Shown: piece after piece, positions 38,101 to 48,571 of the stretch
Layout: every line of letters starts with the position of its first letter
Position numbering within the stretch: position 1 is the first letter of the stretch
NCBI GenBank assembly: GCA_964252035.1
Contig: OZ176207.1
Length of the DNA: 64,000 nucleotides
Reading direction: 5' to 3' (one strand)
From: Podarcis erhardii
Taxonomy: Eukaryota
Program-made: the position numbers and the translations under genes
The notes under the pieces: model-generated
What the model was told of the DNA's origin: nothing
The model's database searches: none
The model's input: only the letters and a program-made list of their open reading frames with translations

Positions 38101-39892
38101 ATGCTTAGCCATGCAGTTAACACCATCCCTGTGGCCATCTAATGATGCAACAAAAGGCTTTGCAAAAACACGGTCTAATTTTGTTGCATTTAGTGCCCGA
38201 GTATATTCCCGTGGAACCTCAAAGGGATGTAATGCAGGATCATAATTCCGTGGAACTATAAACCAAATAATCATATAAACATACAAAACAACAGAGAAGA
38301 TTACTGTCATAAAGCTTCCTTTTGCCTTTTATGTAGCTAGTTAATAAGACACCCTTACTAGTTAAGATCAGCCTTACTAGCTTTGAGTAAATTAAGAATC
38401 CTGTTTAAATGAACATACATTGTTCATAAACAGCCCTCAAATATATTTTTAAAAAAATATATGTTTCTATCAGTCACACAATCTATTTAATGTAGTAAAT
38501 TGAGATTTCAATAAACTGGTGATCAGGCAAACAACAACACTGCTCAGAGAATGTAGAACATGTTCATGAATTATATCCAATGTTTCAGCAAATTTCCTAT
38601 TTCTTTTTGTTAGTTACATTTCTAAATCACCATTCCTCCCAAGAGTACCTAGAGTAATATACAATAACATATAAAACATAAGACACATACTGTATCATAT
38701 ATAAAACATAATAACCAACATACAAAACATCCAGAAACCTGGAACCATTATAACACACCAAAAAATCACCTGCAGCTCTGAAGTATTAAAACAAAGTAAC
38801 TTCAATTCAGGAAAACCAGACAAAAATGTATTTAACGGACAACTATTTATGTAAAGCAAGGAGGGGGACAAACAGATCTTCAAGCTGAAGGCTTTCCAAA
38901 GTCAGCACGGCACTAGAGAAGGCCCTTTGGAGGTCCATGAAAAGGGTGTCGTCGTCCCCGGCACCCCAGCAATGATCTTATGGATCAAATTGTCTGGTAC
39001 TGAAAAAGGCACTCCTGTAGAGTAGGCCTCATAGGCCATTACCAGGATGTTGTTGAGCCTGGTAGCACATAAGCAGTCAAGTGCACTGCTTTTAGGATTG
39101 GTGTTTCATGTATACATCTTGCTGTCCTGGTTAACTTATCAGCCTGCCGCATCACTAGTTGCAGTTTCAAGTCTTGGAGGGTAGCCCCACACAGAATACA
39201 TTGCAATAATCCAGGTGCTCTGTGCAATGAGGTTAGAATTTACCATAATGTCACACAAGCCCCAGATTGTGCCAGCAACCTGGGCAAATGGCACAGGCCT
39301 TATCACTGCAAACGGGATGCAACCCAAGTCACAGGAAGGGGAGGGAGAGGAAAGACCCCTGTGCTGAGTGCTCCATAGATTTTCTTCACCAAATTTTACT
39401 TCACACGTATAAAAGAATTCCCTCCCCAATTCCGGTCGTGGTTTTTGGATAATGGGCACAGTGCAAAGCTATGTACTAACCATACTTTAAAAGTACAGAA
39501 CCCCCCCTTCCCCCACCCCAAGAAAAAGGAAGAAAGAAAAGAATAGGAACCGCAGTTTGTCGCTACAAGTCCCAACACCCTGGACAAGCTACAGTTCCCA
39601 TGACTCTCTGGAAGATGCCATGTGCAGAACAACTCTGAGATCTCTCCCAGCCTGAAGAGGCGCACGATGCAAAAAAGAGAAAAGGAAAACTCAGCCTGAC
39701 TCGGGAGTCGCCTTCAGGTGATGGAAGCCGCTCCGGCATCGCAAAGGGAACCAAACTTCGCTTCCTAAGAATCGACGCTCAACACAAACCCGGCCGCCCT
39801 TTCGAATAACTCCCCTTCTCACCTCGCTGAAGGTCCTGCTTGGTTTCCCGCACGTAATCATCCGGATTCCGGCTCAACACCTTCACCTTCAT
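17736..39892 (-). CDS. DCAF13: DCAF13 (DDB1- and CUL4-associated factor 13 / WDSOF1, Sof1 homolog), complete 11-exon CDS, 445 aa
   Basis: join(39823-39892, 38056-38255, 36593-36700, 32828-32917, 31399-31554, 30519-30596, 27641-27723, 26763-26927, 22479-22614, 18466-18629, 17736-17823) = 1338 nt. All junctions GT-AG and phases consistent. WD40 repeats plus Sof1 C-terminus. Confidence 0.95.
18466..18629 (-). CDS. DCAF13: DCAF13 exon 10 (LLPREKAAMNYNEKLKEKFQHHPQIKRINRHRHLPK...REARRR)
   Basis: TGTAG acceptor, GTATG donor, 164 nt. Confidence 0.92.
22479..22614 (-). CDS. DCAF13: DCAF13 exon 9 (EVYHTKRMQHV...ASEKLGV)
   Basis: TTTAG acceptor, GTAAG donor, 136 nt. Confidence 0.93.
22855..23431. mobile_element. 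Tc2/pogo-like MITE, family C, copy 2 (577 bp)
   Basis: CCATATTTTTCGCTCTAT...ATAGAGCGAAAAATACGG with TA flanks. Orientation opposite to copies 1 and 3. Confidence 0.85.
24064..24401. mobile_element. Tc1/mariner-type MITE, family B, copy 1 (338 bp)
   Basis: TIR CAGTGGTGCCCCGCAAGACG...CGTCTTGCGAGGCACCACTG, TA flanks. Second copy at 49.1 kb. Confidence 0.88.
26763..26927 (-). CDS. DCAF13: DCAF13 exon 8 (LYTFDMRFLDKPVVVHMDHVSAVLDVDYSPTGKEFVSASFDKSIRIFPVDKGHSR)
   Basis: TGCAG acceptor, GTCAG donor, 165 nt. Confidence 0.93.
27641..27723 (-). CDS. DCAF13: DCAF13 exon 7 (VILDMRTNTLCWNPMEAFIFTAANEDFN)
   Basis: CTCAG acceptor, GTAAG donor, 83 nt. Confidence 0.92.
28912..29137. mobile_element. 226-bp MITE, family A, copy 2
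   Basis: Same TIRs and TA flanks. Inverted relative to copy 1. Confidence 0.9.
29330..29465 (-). mobile_element. Probable L2 LINE 3' fragment
   Basis: Similar to 45210-45330 (TAAAACAGATT...CTGGGTAGG...TTTAGCAGGCA). Confidence 0.45.
29916..29960. repeat. (ATT)15 microsatellite
   Basis: Read directly. Confidence 0.95.
30519..30596 (-). CDS. DCAF13: DCAF13 exon 6 (MYLLGSCASDRNIVLYDMRQSTALKK)
   Basis: TTCAG acceptor, GTAAT donor, 78 nt. Confidence 0.92.
31399..31554 (-). CDS. DCAF13: DCAF13 exon 5 (TVYTGIDHHWKDPVFATCG...KFNPIE)
   Basis: TAAAG acceptor, GTAAC donor, 156 nt. Confidence 0.93.
32828..32917 (-). CDS. DCAF13: DCAF13 exon 4 (VGDDKTVKHWKMEVPAYGEAEEPLNTILGK)
   Basis: AATAG acceptor, GTATT donor, 90 nt. 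Confidence 0.92.
33590..33634 (-). ncRNA. Minimal type I hammerhead ribozyme motif (second PLE family), perfect stem II
   Basis: CUGAAGA-U-GACGAG-UGAGAC-CUCGUC-GAAA-CG-UC. Palindromic ACGU stem III, GUC triplet at 33598-33596. Stem I is weak. Confidence 0.62.
35062..35106 (+). ncRNA. Minimal type I hammerhead ribozyme motif, mirror copy with one stem II mismatch
   Basis: As above but CUCAUC (A at 35090). Confidence 0.55.
35190..35510 (-). mobile_element. L1 3' fragment (ORF2 end plus 3'UTR)
   Basis: Minus frame reads EVPNKEIWQLKMTKYAELAGLTSKIREQENQVYKEEWKNFVEYL, homologous to the C-terminus of the L1 at 7.8-10.1 kb. Confidence 0.7.
36593..36700 (-). CDS. DCAF13: DCAF13 exon 3 (VRIWNLMKRECTRTLQAHEGFVRGMCTRFCGTSFFT)
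   Basis: AATAG acceptor, GTAAG donor, 108 nt. Confidence 0.93.
37251..37472 (+). mobile_element. L1-type 3'UTR fragment with 20-bp TSD
   Basis: AATTGTGGATAGAAACCAGA at 37231-37250 and 37473-37492. Purine-rich, then T-rich, then AATAAA tail, like the L1 3'UTR at 10.1-10.4 kb. Confidence 0.75.
38056..38255 (-). CDS. DCAF13: DCAF13 exon 2 (VPRNYDPALHPFEVPREY...SGACDGE)
   Basis: TATAG acceptor, GTATG donor, 200 nt. Confidence 0.94.
39000..39235 (-). mobile_element. Degraded L2 LINE ORF2 fragment
   Basis: ...KLQLV...HETPILKAVH resembles the L2 KLQLVQN...HITP.L..LHWL motif. Confidence 0.55.
39823..39892 (-). CDS. DCAF13: DCAF13 exon 1 (MKVKVLSRNPDDYVRETKQDLQR)
   Basis: ATG at 39892, donor G|GTGAG, 70 nt. 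Confidence 0.94.
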
Positions 39893-40316
39893 CGTCTGCG
39901 GCTGAGGGCGTCAGGATGGCGATGGCGGAAGAAACGGTCTCCCCGCTACCCTCCGGCAGCCCACATGGACCAGGCAGAAACGAAGCAAAGCCAGGAACCA
40001 CTTCCGGGTCGAGGGAGCCACTGTGGGCACGAGCGTCTACAAACGGGCGGATGAAAGAGGAACCGGCAGCTCCCTGGTCACGTGAGCAAGGGCGGGCTAA
40101 AACACTAAACCCGCCCACCGAGGGAGGCACGGACGTCCGATTGGAGCAGCCCAGGGGGAGGGACCGGCTGCTGCTCCCCGATAGGACGAGGCAAGTGCCT
40201 CGCAGGTCAAAGGGCAGTTTACCTCAGCCGATTCACGTTACCGGCTAAGGTCTGCGTAGGGGTTTATTATTTATTGCAATTGTTATTAAATCGAAATATA
40301 GCCTAGGAGTTTTCCC

Positions 40317-40524
40317 ATGAATCCCGCTGCCGCCGTCCCCGGCGCGCAGAGCCGAGCATGCACCGTGGCGGGGTCTGCGTCGACGACGACGACGAGTTCG
40401 GCGCCTCCAGCGCGGTCTCTCTTCAGGCACGTGCATTTCGAGAACCTGGTGGCCGGGCTAAGCGGCGGCGTCATCTCCACGCTGGTGCTGCACCCGCTCG
40501 ACCTGGTGAAGATCCGCTTCGCAG
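40317..40524 (+). CDS. SLC25A32: SLC25A32 exon 1 (...[37 protein letters not shown])
   Basis: Donor G|GTGAG at 40524/40525. Start position less certain than the end. Confidence 0.82.
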
Positions 40525-43500
40525 GTGAGGCGCTCCGTCTTCCTTCCCGCCCTCCTTCCCTGCGCCGCACCGATGGTCGCTGACGTCATCGGCCGTACCA
40601 ACGGTCACGACGCCCACCGTCCGTGACGTCATCGGCCGGCCCGACGGCCGGGGACCCTCCCCCACAATTCCTCCCGGCGCGACGTGGCAGCTCCGTTTCC
40701 CGCCAATAGAGGGCATCGATTTGCACGTGCTAGTTTGTACAATACGCGTAACAATTTATAGAAATAATTAGCGTTGTTTAAAATAGAAATTGCCGGGGAT
40801 GATTTAACTCTGGCAACGAGGAGGCTTTTAAGGGCACTCAGCAGATTACACGTGGAATCCCTCTTCAGATATTCCCATTAAATGAGTTAGGGCAGAGTGT
40901 CTGCTTTTCAAGTGTGTCATTCCATTTCCAACCCACATGGAAATAATAACAAGAGGTCATTGGATTCGCCATATTCGTAGCAAGTGCAGCGTCTATAGCT
41001 AATTAACTTTTTCACTCTCAAAAGATCTTCTTGCAGTGCCTCACTTTTGCATACTGTGTTGTTCACTTAGCTCATTCTGAAATGCACTTTCTTCAGACTA
41101 ATCTCCCGTTGTTTTTTGTGCAGTGAGTGACGGCTTGGAGCTGAGACCGAAATACAATGGTATCCTGCACTGCCTGACAACTGTCTGGAAGCATGAAGGC
41201 TTACGTGGCTTGTATCAAGGGGTCACGCCAAACATCTGGGGCGCAGGTGCCTCTTGGGGCCTCTACTTTTTCTTGTAAGTTTAAACTACTTTCCATTGTT
41301 CTGGTCAATATTTGAAAGACTAATACTGAATATTTGAAAGGCTAATCTTGAAGGACCTTTGTACTAGAGGCTGCAGTTCACTGGAGAGTTTTTGAGCTAG
41401 ACTGGTAGAGCAAGCAATGTAAATTTGGCTGGGACAAGGGATACCAGTGTGGCATTTTAATTTAACCCTAATTGAATGAAATGAAGTAGTGCACACTATG
41501 TCATAAGTATCTTATCCCTACAGTTAATAGTGAGGGAAGCTGGGCATCTGCTATTAAGTTCGCTGGGCCTAGGGTCAAGTCTGAAGATTGCACTGAGCTA
41601 ATCTTCTAATTATCAACAGCTTTTACTTGTGTGACTTCTGTTGCTCTGGATTACTGTTCGCCAGCCACAGCCAAATCTTATTACAATCACACCTAGAGGC
41701 CATGAGGTTCTTGTCTGGTTTGTTTATTTATTTATTTGCTGTTGTTTATAGTATAGAAGTTTGGTATAATAAAGGCTACATTAATATTTGAAACTTTGGA
41801 ATATTGCTTCCTTCTCAGCATGTTTGCAGGTTTTTACAGGCCCAGTTGCAAAATGAGCAATCTCTTAGTCACCATTGAATTCTAGTATTAACTGAATATG
41901 AGCTGTTAGCAAGGAGGGGGAAGCAGCGTAATTGCTTACAGATATAGCTTTTTCTTTCACAACCTTTGTAAACCTTTTATTTACAGCAACATACAAATAC
42001 ACAGACACACGCACATGTATGGTATAGCTAATAGCCTAATATTTAAATGCTTTATATTTCAATTATAGTTGTAAAGCTCATTTTTAAAAAAACCCTCGAA
42101 ATAATATTAATTTATGTATCGAATACTATGATTGAATTCCAAATAACCAAACTTCTAGTTTCATATATCCATGGGACTTTGGACTCTAGCCCTCTTGGAA
42201 AGTTTTAAAAGCAGTTTGTGATATGGCATACATAACACCTGCTGTTCAAAGAAGAATGGGGAAGAGCTTCTACTTACTGATGTGTGCCCATGGGCTTGCA
42301 AAGTACATGCTTCTAGCCTACACATTTTATATACATTGTAGATAAGCATGTGTCATTTTTGTTAGTTCAAATGTTTATGTGTTACTTTGTGTGTTGATAT
42401 GCAGAATGTATTTCACATATTGGTAAAACAACTAATCAGCTTTAACCTTATCCCAACATTTCACTCTGCAGCTATAATGCCATTAAAGCCTACAAGACAG
42501 AGGATAAGCTGGAAAGTCTTGGACCAACTGAACACTTAGTGTCAGCTGCTGAGGCAGGTGAGGAAAATAAAAGTGGGATTAGCGAATACTTCCAGCTTTT
42601 CCATATACTGTATTTTGTTGTTGATGATGATCAATATATAGGGAAAAGGTTGGCAACTTCTTTAAAGCTGGGGGCATATTGGCAAACCAGAGACATTGGG
42701 GAGCATGTACTGCAACCATGCACACGCGTGCATCGGAACTGTGCCTCTGCACAAACACACTGCCTCCTGTTAGACAGGCTTTAAAAAGTGTTTTTGCTTT
42801 TTTAAAAGCCTAACGGAGTGTGCGTGTGTATGGGGGGGGGCATACAGCTGGGGAGGCAAGCGTTAACCTGCAGTCTCCAGGAATATACCGTATTTTTCGC
42901 CCTATAGGACGCACTTTTTCCCCTCCAAAAATGAAGGGGAAATGTGTGTGCATCCTATGGGGCGAATGCAGGCTTTCGCTGAAGCCTGGAGAGCGAGAGG
43001 GGTCGGTGTGCACCAACCCCTCACGCTCTCCAGGCTTCAGGAGAGCCGCAGAGCCAGCCCCACAAGGTCGGGGGACAGCTGGGAGGCGGAACGCCGACAT
43101 CCCGCTGTCTCCCGATGTGGTTTGGAGGCTGACGGCGGGGAGACGCGTGCTTCTCCCCGCCGCCAGCCCCCAAGCTCCGGGGACAGCTGGGAGGCGCAGC
43201 CCGTCTTCCCGCTGTCCCCGGACCTGGTCTGCAGGCGGGCGGTGGGGAGAAGAGCGCTTCTCCCCGCTGCCGGCCCCACAAGCGCCTGGGGGGGAAATAA
43301 TTTTTTTTCCCTTTATTTCCCCCCCAAAAAACTTGGTGCATCCTATGGGCCGGTGCGTCCTATGGGGCAAAAAATACGGTAACTCCCCTCCACAACACCT
43401 AGGGTGATTCCAGAGCACTTAGGGTACAGCTGGAAAGGGAAGAGTTGACCCTTTCCCCACCCCATCCAAATTGTTCCTCCTGTGTTCTAATTAGGTTTGC

Positions 43501-46500
43501 AAGCAGTCTTCTGTTTTAGCCAACCGTAAACCCACCCACACCCAAAAGCTCTTAGTGCTGGAGTTGGGCTTTTAAAAATTATTCCATGGCTTACAGTAGC
43601 AGACTTTTTTCAACCCTAATTTCAGCAAGGGAATCTTACAGGCACCAAGCAAGATGTCTACAGGTTCATGTGTTTCAGTGGGTGCTGTGTTGGTAAGCCA
43701 TGATATAGGGAGTCAAACAAAAGCATTTGGTAGAGTGCACACTGTGCAAATACCCTGTACTATTGGTCCATTTCTTTAGCAGAATATACTTTTTATCTGC
43801 TGTTCTGGATAAGTGCAGAACAACTGCTAAATCAACCTGGAATGTTAAATGCCAGCATAAAACTTCATTGGCATTAGAAATTTCCAGGTTTGTGTAGGAG
43901 TGCCTATGTGTTGAGGGGGTATGGTTGAAATGCTGTTTTTGCACAATGCTAAAGTGTTGACATTAAATAACTGTCGGCTCTCCATCTGATCATAGGAGCA
44001 ATGACTCTGTGCATTACAAACCCAATCTGGGTAACAAAGACTCGGCTTGTGTTGCAGTATGAAGCTGGTGTTGACCCATCAAAGAGGCAGTACAAAGGGA
44101 TGCTTGATGCCCTTACCAAAATATACAAGTATGAAGGTGTACGTGGCCTATATAAGGTAAGATAAGTCAAAGCCAGGAGTTCTGGTATTTGATATGGGTA
44201 TGACAGTATTTTACCACTGTGTCCAAAATCAGTGAATGGTTATTACATGAGTTTCACTGGAATAAGGTTGCCAGTGAGCTTTATTATCATTATCATTATC
44301 CTCCCTCTGCCTCTTTAGCATTTTCAGTTCTCTTCTCACAGAGCCATACTTCAGATAGTGGGAATTTTGTGAGGAGTTCAGTCTAAACCGAGTCAGGATC
44401 TGTCCTTCCAGTGAACACTCAGTATTTGGGCCAGTATGCCTGAGTTAATAGATAATTCTGTTCTGCAGTGGGAGAACCAGTAGGGAGGAACAGATGGGTA
44501 GAAGGAAAAGACATACTTGTGAGTAGACTGAATAGAAAGTAGTTTTTGTCAGTTCATGATGCTGCAAAGTGAGGGACTTCTGATCTGGCAGAACTGGGAG
44601 CCCTGCCCTCTTGCTAGATCAGTGGACTGTCTTTAGAGGATGAGGTCTTCCTGACCACAGATGACTGGTCCACAGACATCACCAAACTGGAACTGCATAG
44701 TAAAAAACAAAACTCCAAGAGACCCAGGAATGAGGCTCCTCCATGGGGCTTTGGATCCAGTTAGCACCCCCCCCTCAAAATGCCCCCTTTCTGCGCTTTC
44801 TGAACAGGTGGGAGCAGCAGCTTATTAGCTGCCTGGGCCTTCTCCCTCTGCGGGTGAAAATCACTGTGCTTTCTTAGATCTCCTAGCCGTTGACTTGGAA
44901 TGATTTTTGAGAAGTTAAAAGTTGAATTACAATAAAGTATAGTGTGTGTAAAAAAAGGCTATATAAATATGTATAAGATACTCAAGACACACAATAACTA
45001 TCACAATAACAATAGACAGATTAACAGGCTTTGAGATAGTAGTCCTTAATTTGTGTCTGAGCTTCATAAAATTCCTACATTTATTATTTTATAAAAAATT
45101 TACATGGCTTGATTGTAAAAAAATAATAATCCTCAGAGAGGTTTACAAAAAGATAAGGCAGTAAAATTAAGAATGATTTACAACCATACTTAAAAACATA
45201 CAAAAGTTAAAATACTAAAACAGATTAAAATTACCTCAACTTTTTAAGCATCTGGGTAGGTTTGTCTAAAGAAGAATGTTTTTAGCAGGCACTGAAAAGA
45301 GTCCAATGAAGGTTCCTGCTTGTTACCAATAGCCAGGAAATTCCAAACTAGGTGTTGCCACGCTAAAATACTGAATTCTTACAAACTTAGAATGACTATT
45401 ATGTGGCACCTGTAGTAGTGCCAATTCCGTCTAACAAAATGTTTGAGTGGCACATGTAGGGTGAAGCCATCTCGTAGATAAACTGGTGCCAAGTTATTAA
45501 GGGCTTTGGATTACTAATAGTAACACCTTCAGCCTGGCCTGGTAGCAAATCAGCAGCCAGTGCAGGTCTCTGAGCACAAGTGTTATATGCTGACAAGGCC
45601 TCACTCCTGTCAGCAATCATGCTGTGGCATTCTGCACTAACAGCAGTTTCCAACTCAAGCTCGAGAGAAGCCGCACATAAAGCTCACTGCAGTAATCCAG
45701 TCTTGAAGTAACCAATGCATGAACTACTGTTGGAAGGTTTTTCTGGTCTAGAAATTGCTGCAGCTATCACACCAGTAGCAGTTGGTAAAAGACACTTCTA
45801 GTCACAAAGGCTACCTGAGCCTGCAGTGGCAGAACCGGATCCAGAAGTATCCCCAAACTGTGAACCTGCTCCTTCAGGGGGAGTGCAACCCCATCCAGGG
45901 TAGACAACTACAGTGGTACCTCGGGTTAAGTACTTAATTTGTTCCGGAGGTCCATTGTTAACCTGAAACTGTTCTTAACCTGAAGCACCACTTTAGCTAA
46001 TGGGGCCTCCTGCTGCTGCCGCGCCGCCAGAGCACGATTTCTGTTGTCATCCTGAAGCAAAGTTCTTCACCCGAGGTACTATTTCTGGGTTAGCAGAGTC
46101 TGTAACCTGAAGCGTCTGTAACCCAAGGTACCACTGTAACTAATTTCTAACACCCATAAAAACATACTCATCTCTGGCTCATAGAAGTCGTCAACAGGCT
46201 CATCACAGCTACCTGCCAATCACCCATTCCCACCACCCTTCTGAGTAATACCCCTCCCCACCTTCTCACTATATAGAAGGGTCTGGAAACTTCTGTTTCA
46301 GTGTATCTGAAGAAGTGTGCATGCACACGAAAGCTCATACCAAGAACTGACTTAGTTGGTCTTTAAGGTGCTACTGGAAGGAATTAATTTCTAAGGCACA
46401 GGAACTACTCACCCACAGTGCCTCCATCTTGCCAGGATTAAAGCTCAGCTGTTTTATCTTTTCTTTCTTTCTTTCTTTCTTTCTTTTGAAAACTGGTTTC

Positions 46501-48571
46501 CATATATTTTCTTCTCTTACGTGCATATTTTTCTGTGTTTGGCCATTTCAACCAGTTTCCACATCCTGGCATTATAACTTATAACTGTAAAGTTATATTG
46601 CATTGTTTATATACATTTTGTGTCATAGGTTGCTCAGCTTTTCATATGAAACTGCATTTTAAATTGTCTGAAAAACTCTGTTCAGGGCTTTGTACCTGGT
46701 CTGTTCGGAACATCACATGGAGCACTTCAATTCATGGCATATGAAGAACTGAAATCAAAATACAATAGACATCGAAACAGGCGATCGGATTTGAAATTGG
46801 TAAGACATCCTGTGAAATGGAAGTATCTAGTTAGAATTTAAACTTAGTACTACTAACACTTGTATACTTTAATGATAGAAATAAGCAGCGTAAAATGTGA
46901 AATTTTGTTTTTTGTTCTTTTAGTGAATTTGTTAGGAGCTAATATTGGTACCATTTGGTTTTTAGAGCACTTCAGAATATATCACAATGGCAGCACTGTC
47001 GAAAATTTTTGCAGTTTCAACTACATATCCCTATCAGGTTGTGAGAGCACGTCTCCAGGATCAGCACAACAGATACTCTGGATTGGTCGATGTCATCCGT
47101 AGGACATGGAGGTAGGCCTGGAGATGAAAAGCTGGTGTGAAAGGGCTTCCTTTGTTATCACTGATGTACTTGGCATTCTTAAAGACATCAAGCTTTCAAC
47201 TTTTCCTCTCTATGTGTTTCCTCTCTCTGTTATATCAGCTGGGTGACTTTATAATTATTTGAGAGAAGTTCAAAACAAGCATGAATGGGTTTGTGAGAGC
47301 AGTAGAGAAACTAAAGCAGCAATCCTAAACACATTTGCTGAGATTAAGCCCCATTGAGTTCATTGAGTAAATCTGATTTGGAATGCACTGTAAAAGTAGT
47401 GAAGTATAAACAGGTAGGGATATTCAACTAAGTCGTACTCAGATTAAAATTTATTGAGTTTCATTGTTGATTTCCCCAGCCCCATTTTTAACGGCTTTCC
47501 TTGGCAGGTTGCATCATCACTCTTACCTATGGATAGGCAACTGTTCCATCATTCCTCCACCTCCTGCTATAACAAGCAGGTCTCCAGTACTATCCCACAA
47601 CAAATTGGGTGGAGGGTTAACAGAAGGACTGTGGAGATATAATTTACATGTTTCCAAAAAAATAGAGGAGAAAATTGCCTGTCACATAAAGTCACTATAC
47701 CCTAGATATATTGAGAAGTGTTCTACAAGGTGAAATAGGCCATGTGTGATCTTTTGTCGGGTTATGTGCCAGAAAGGCTTAGCCATGAAACCTAACAGCA
47801 GAGGTTTTCCACAAAAAGCAAAAACAGACAAGTGCTCTAGCAGAAAAGATGTGGTGTCAGCATGCTCAAATCAGAAGTGAAATGCCTGTTAAGAAATCAC
47901 TTGAGAACAATAACTTTGTATTGTTAGCCAGGTGTAATCTTGCTAAAGTCAGTATGGCAATTTGTGGACAGTCTCTCTGTTTTCTAGGCATCCGAGGCGA
48001 TCGTAACACTTCTCTGTGCAAATAAGCTTTCAGTGTTATTTCAGTATGGACTTTCAGTGCTTTCCTGAATTAGGTATTGCTCTAGAAATTCAGTTTTCAT
48101 GTTTCAAGATGGTCTTTGTAGAAGTGTCACCTAAAAGATCAATTTAGAATAAAAATGTGTGGATAATTATTTATCTATTATGGGTTGCATCCAGACAAGT
48201 CAAACTCAAAACAGACCCATTGAAATCAGTGGACCTATTCTGAATATCACTTAGTTGGATTCAGACCTGCTTTTATACCTTGCCTTTCTTTCTATCGCTG
48301 ATACTCAAGACCACAATAATTAAATATAATAAGAACAATAAAATCAGAATAATGTAATTTAAAGTTAATAGGCTGAATGATTTCCCCCTATAAAATATGT
48401 ATGGAAGTTGCAAGTAAATTCTTTCTGCTTCTCCCTAGGAAAGAAGGAGTTCATGGATTTTACAAAGGAATTATACCTAATGTTCTCAGAGTCACTCCTG
48501 CATGCTGTATTACCTTTGTAGTATATGAAAAAGTATCCCAGTTGTTGCTTAGCCTGAAGAATGGTAACTAA
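40317..48571 (+). CDS. SLC25A32: SLC25A32 mitochondrial folate/FAD carrier, complete 7-exon CDS (332 aa if started at 40317)
   Basis: join(40317-40524, 41124-41274, 42472-42557, 43996-44156, 46686-46799, 46966-47111, 48439-48571) = 999 nt. Three PX[DE]XX[KR]-type motifs ([27 protein letters not shown]). All GT-AG. Start codon uncertain. Confidence 0.93.
41124..41274 (+). CDS. SLC25A32: SLC25A32 exon 2
   Basis: [17 protein letters not shown]...WGLYFF, 151 nt, TGCAG acceptor, GTAAG donor. Confidence 0.94.
42472..42557 (+). CDS. SLC25A32: SLC25A32 exon 3
   Basis: [28 protein letters not shown], 86 nt. Confidence 0.93.
42888..43379. mobile_element. Tc2/pogo-like MITE, family C, copy 3 (492 bp)
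   Basis: CCGTATTTTTCGCCCTATAGG...CCTATGGGGCAAAAAATACGG with TA flanks. Confidence 0.85.
43996..44156 (+). CDS. SLC25A32: SLC25A32 exon 4
   Basis: [21 protein letters not shown]...GVRGLYK, 161 nt. Confidence 0.94.
45079..45908 (-). mobile_element. L2-like LINE 3' fragment, degraded
   Basis: Shares a segment with 29330-29465 and has a (TAAA)-like tail at left. Ends at a MITE insertion. Confidence 0.5.
45911..46136. mobile_element. 226-bp MITE, family A, copy 3
   Basis: TIRs and TA flanks. Confidence 0.9.
46186..46385 (+). mobile_element. Penelope-like element (Neptune-type) 3' tail fragment
   Basis: Reverse complement of about 15920-16118 with few differences. Confidence 0.85.
46303..46340 (+). 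ncRNA. Minimal type I hammerhead ribozyme motif, sense to SLC25A32 intron 4
   Basis: Identical to 3661-3698. Predicted cleavage after C46336. Confidence 0.7.
46686..46799 (+). CDS. SLC25A32: SLC25A32 exon 5
   Basis: [23 protein letters not shown]...DLKL, 114 nt. Confidence 0.94.
46966..47111 (+). CDS. SLC25A32: SLC25A32 exon 6
   Basis: [34 protein letters not shown]...RTW, 146 nt. Confidence 0.94.
48439..48571 (+). CDS. SLC25A32: SLC25A32 exon 7
   Basis: [43 protein letters not shown]. Confidence 0.94.

Larger units (their letters stand above)
39650..40720. promoter_or_regulatory. CpG island / bidirectional promoter of DCAF13 and SLC25A32
   Basis: Divergent ATGs at 39892 and 40317. ETS site ACTTCCGG 40000-40007, E-box TCACGTGA 40078-40085, GC box, ATTGG, two TGACGTCA. 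Confidence 0.85.

Noticed and set aside
38965-39010. Possible C/D snoRNA (ATGATC...CTGA) in DCAF13 intron 1
   Set aside because: C box is non-canonical, there is no terminal stem, and the span is too short.
42810-43418. Long ORFs across the GC-rich MITE (also 16746-17129 and 22869-23231)
   Set aside because: They lie inside non-autonomous TIR elements with no transposase motifs.
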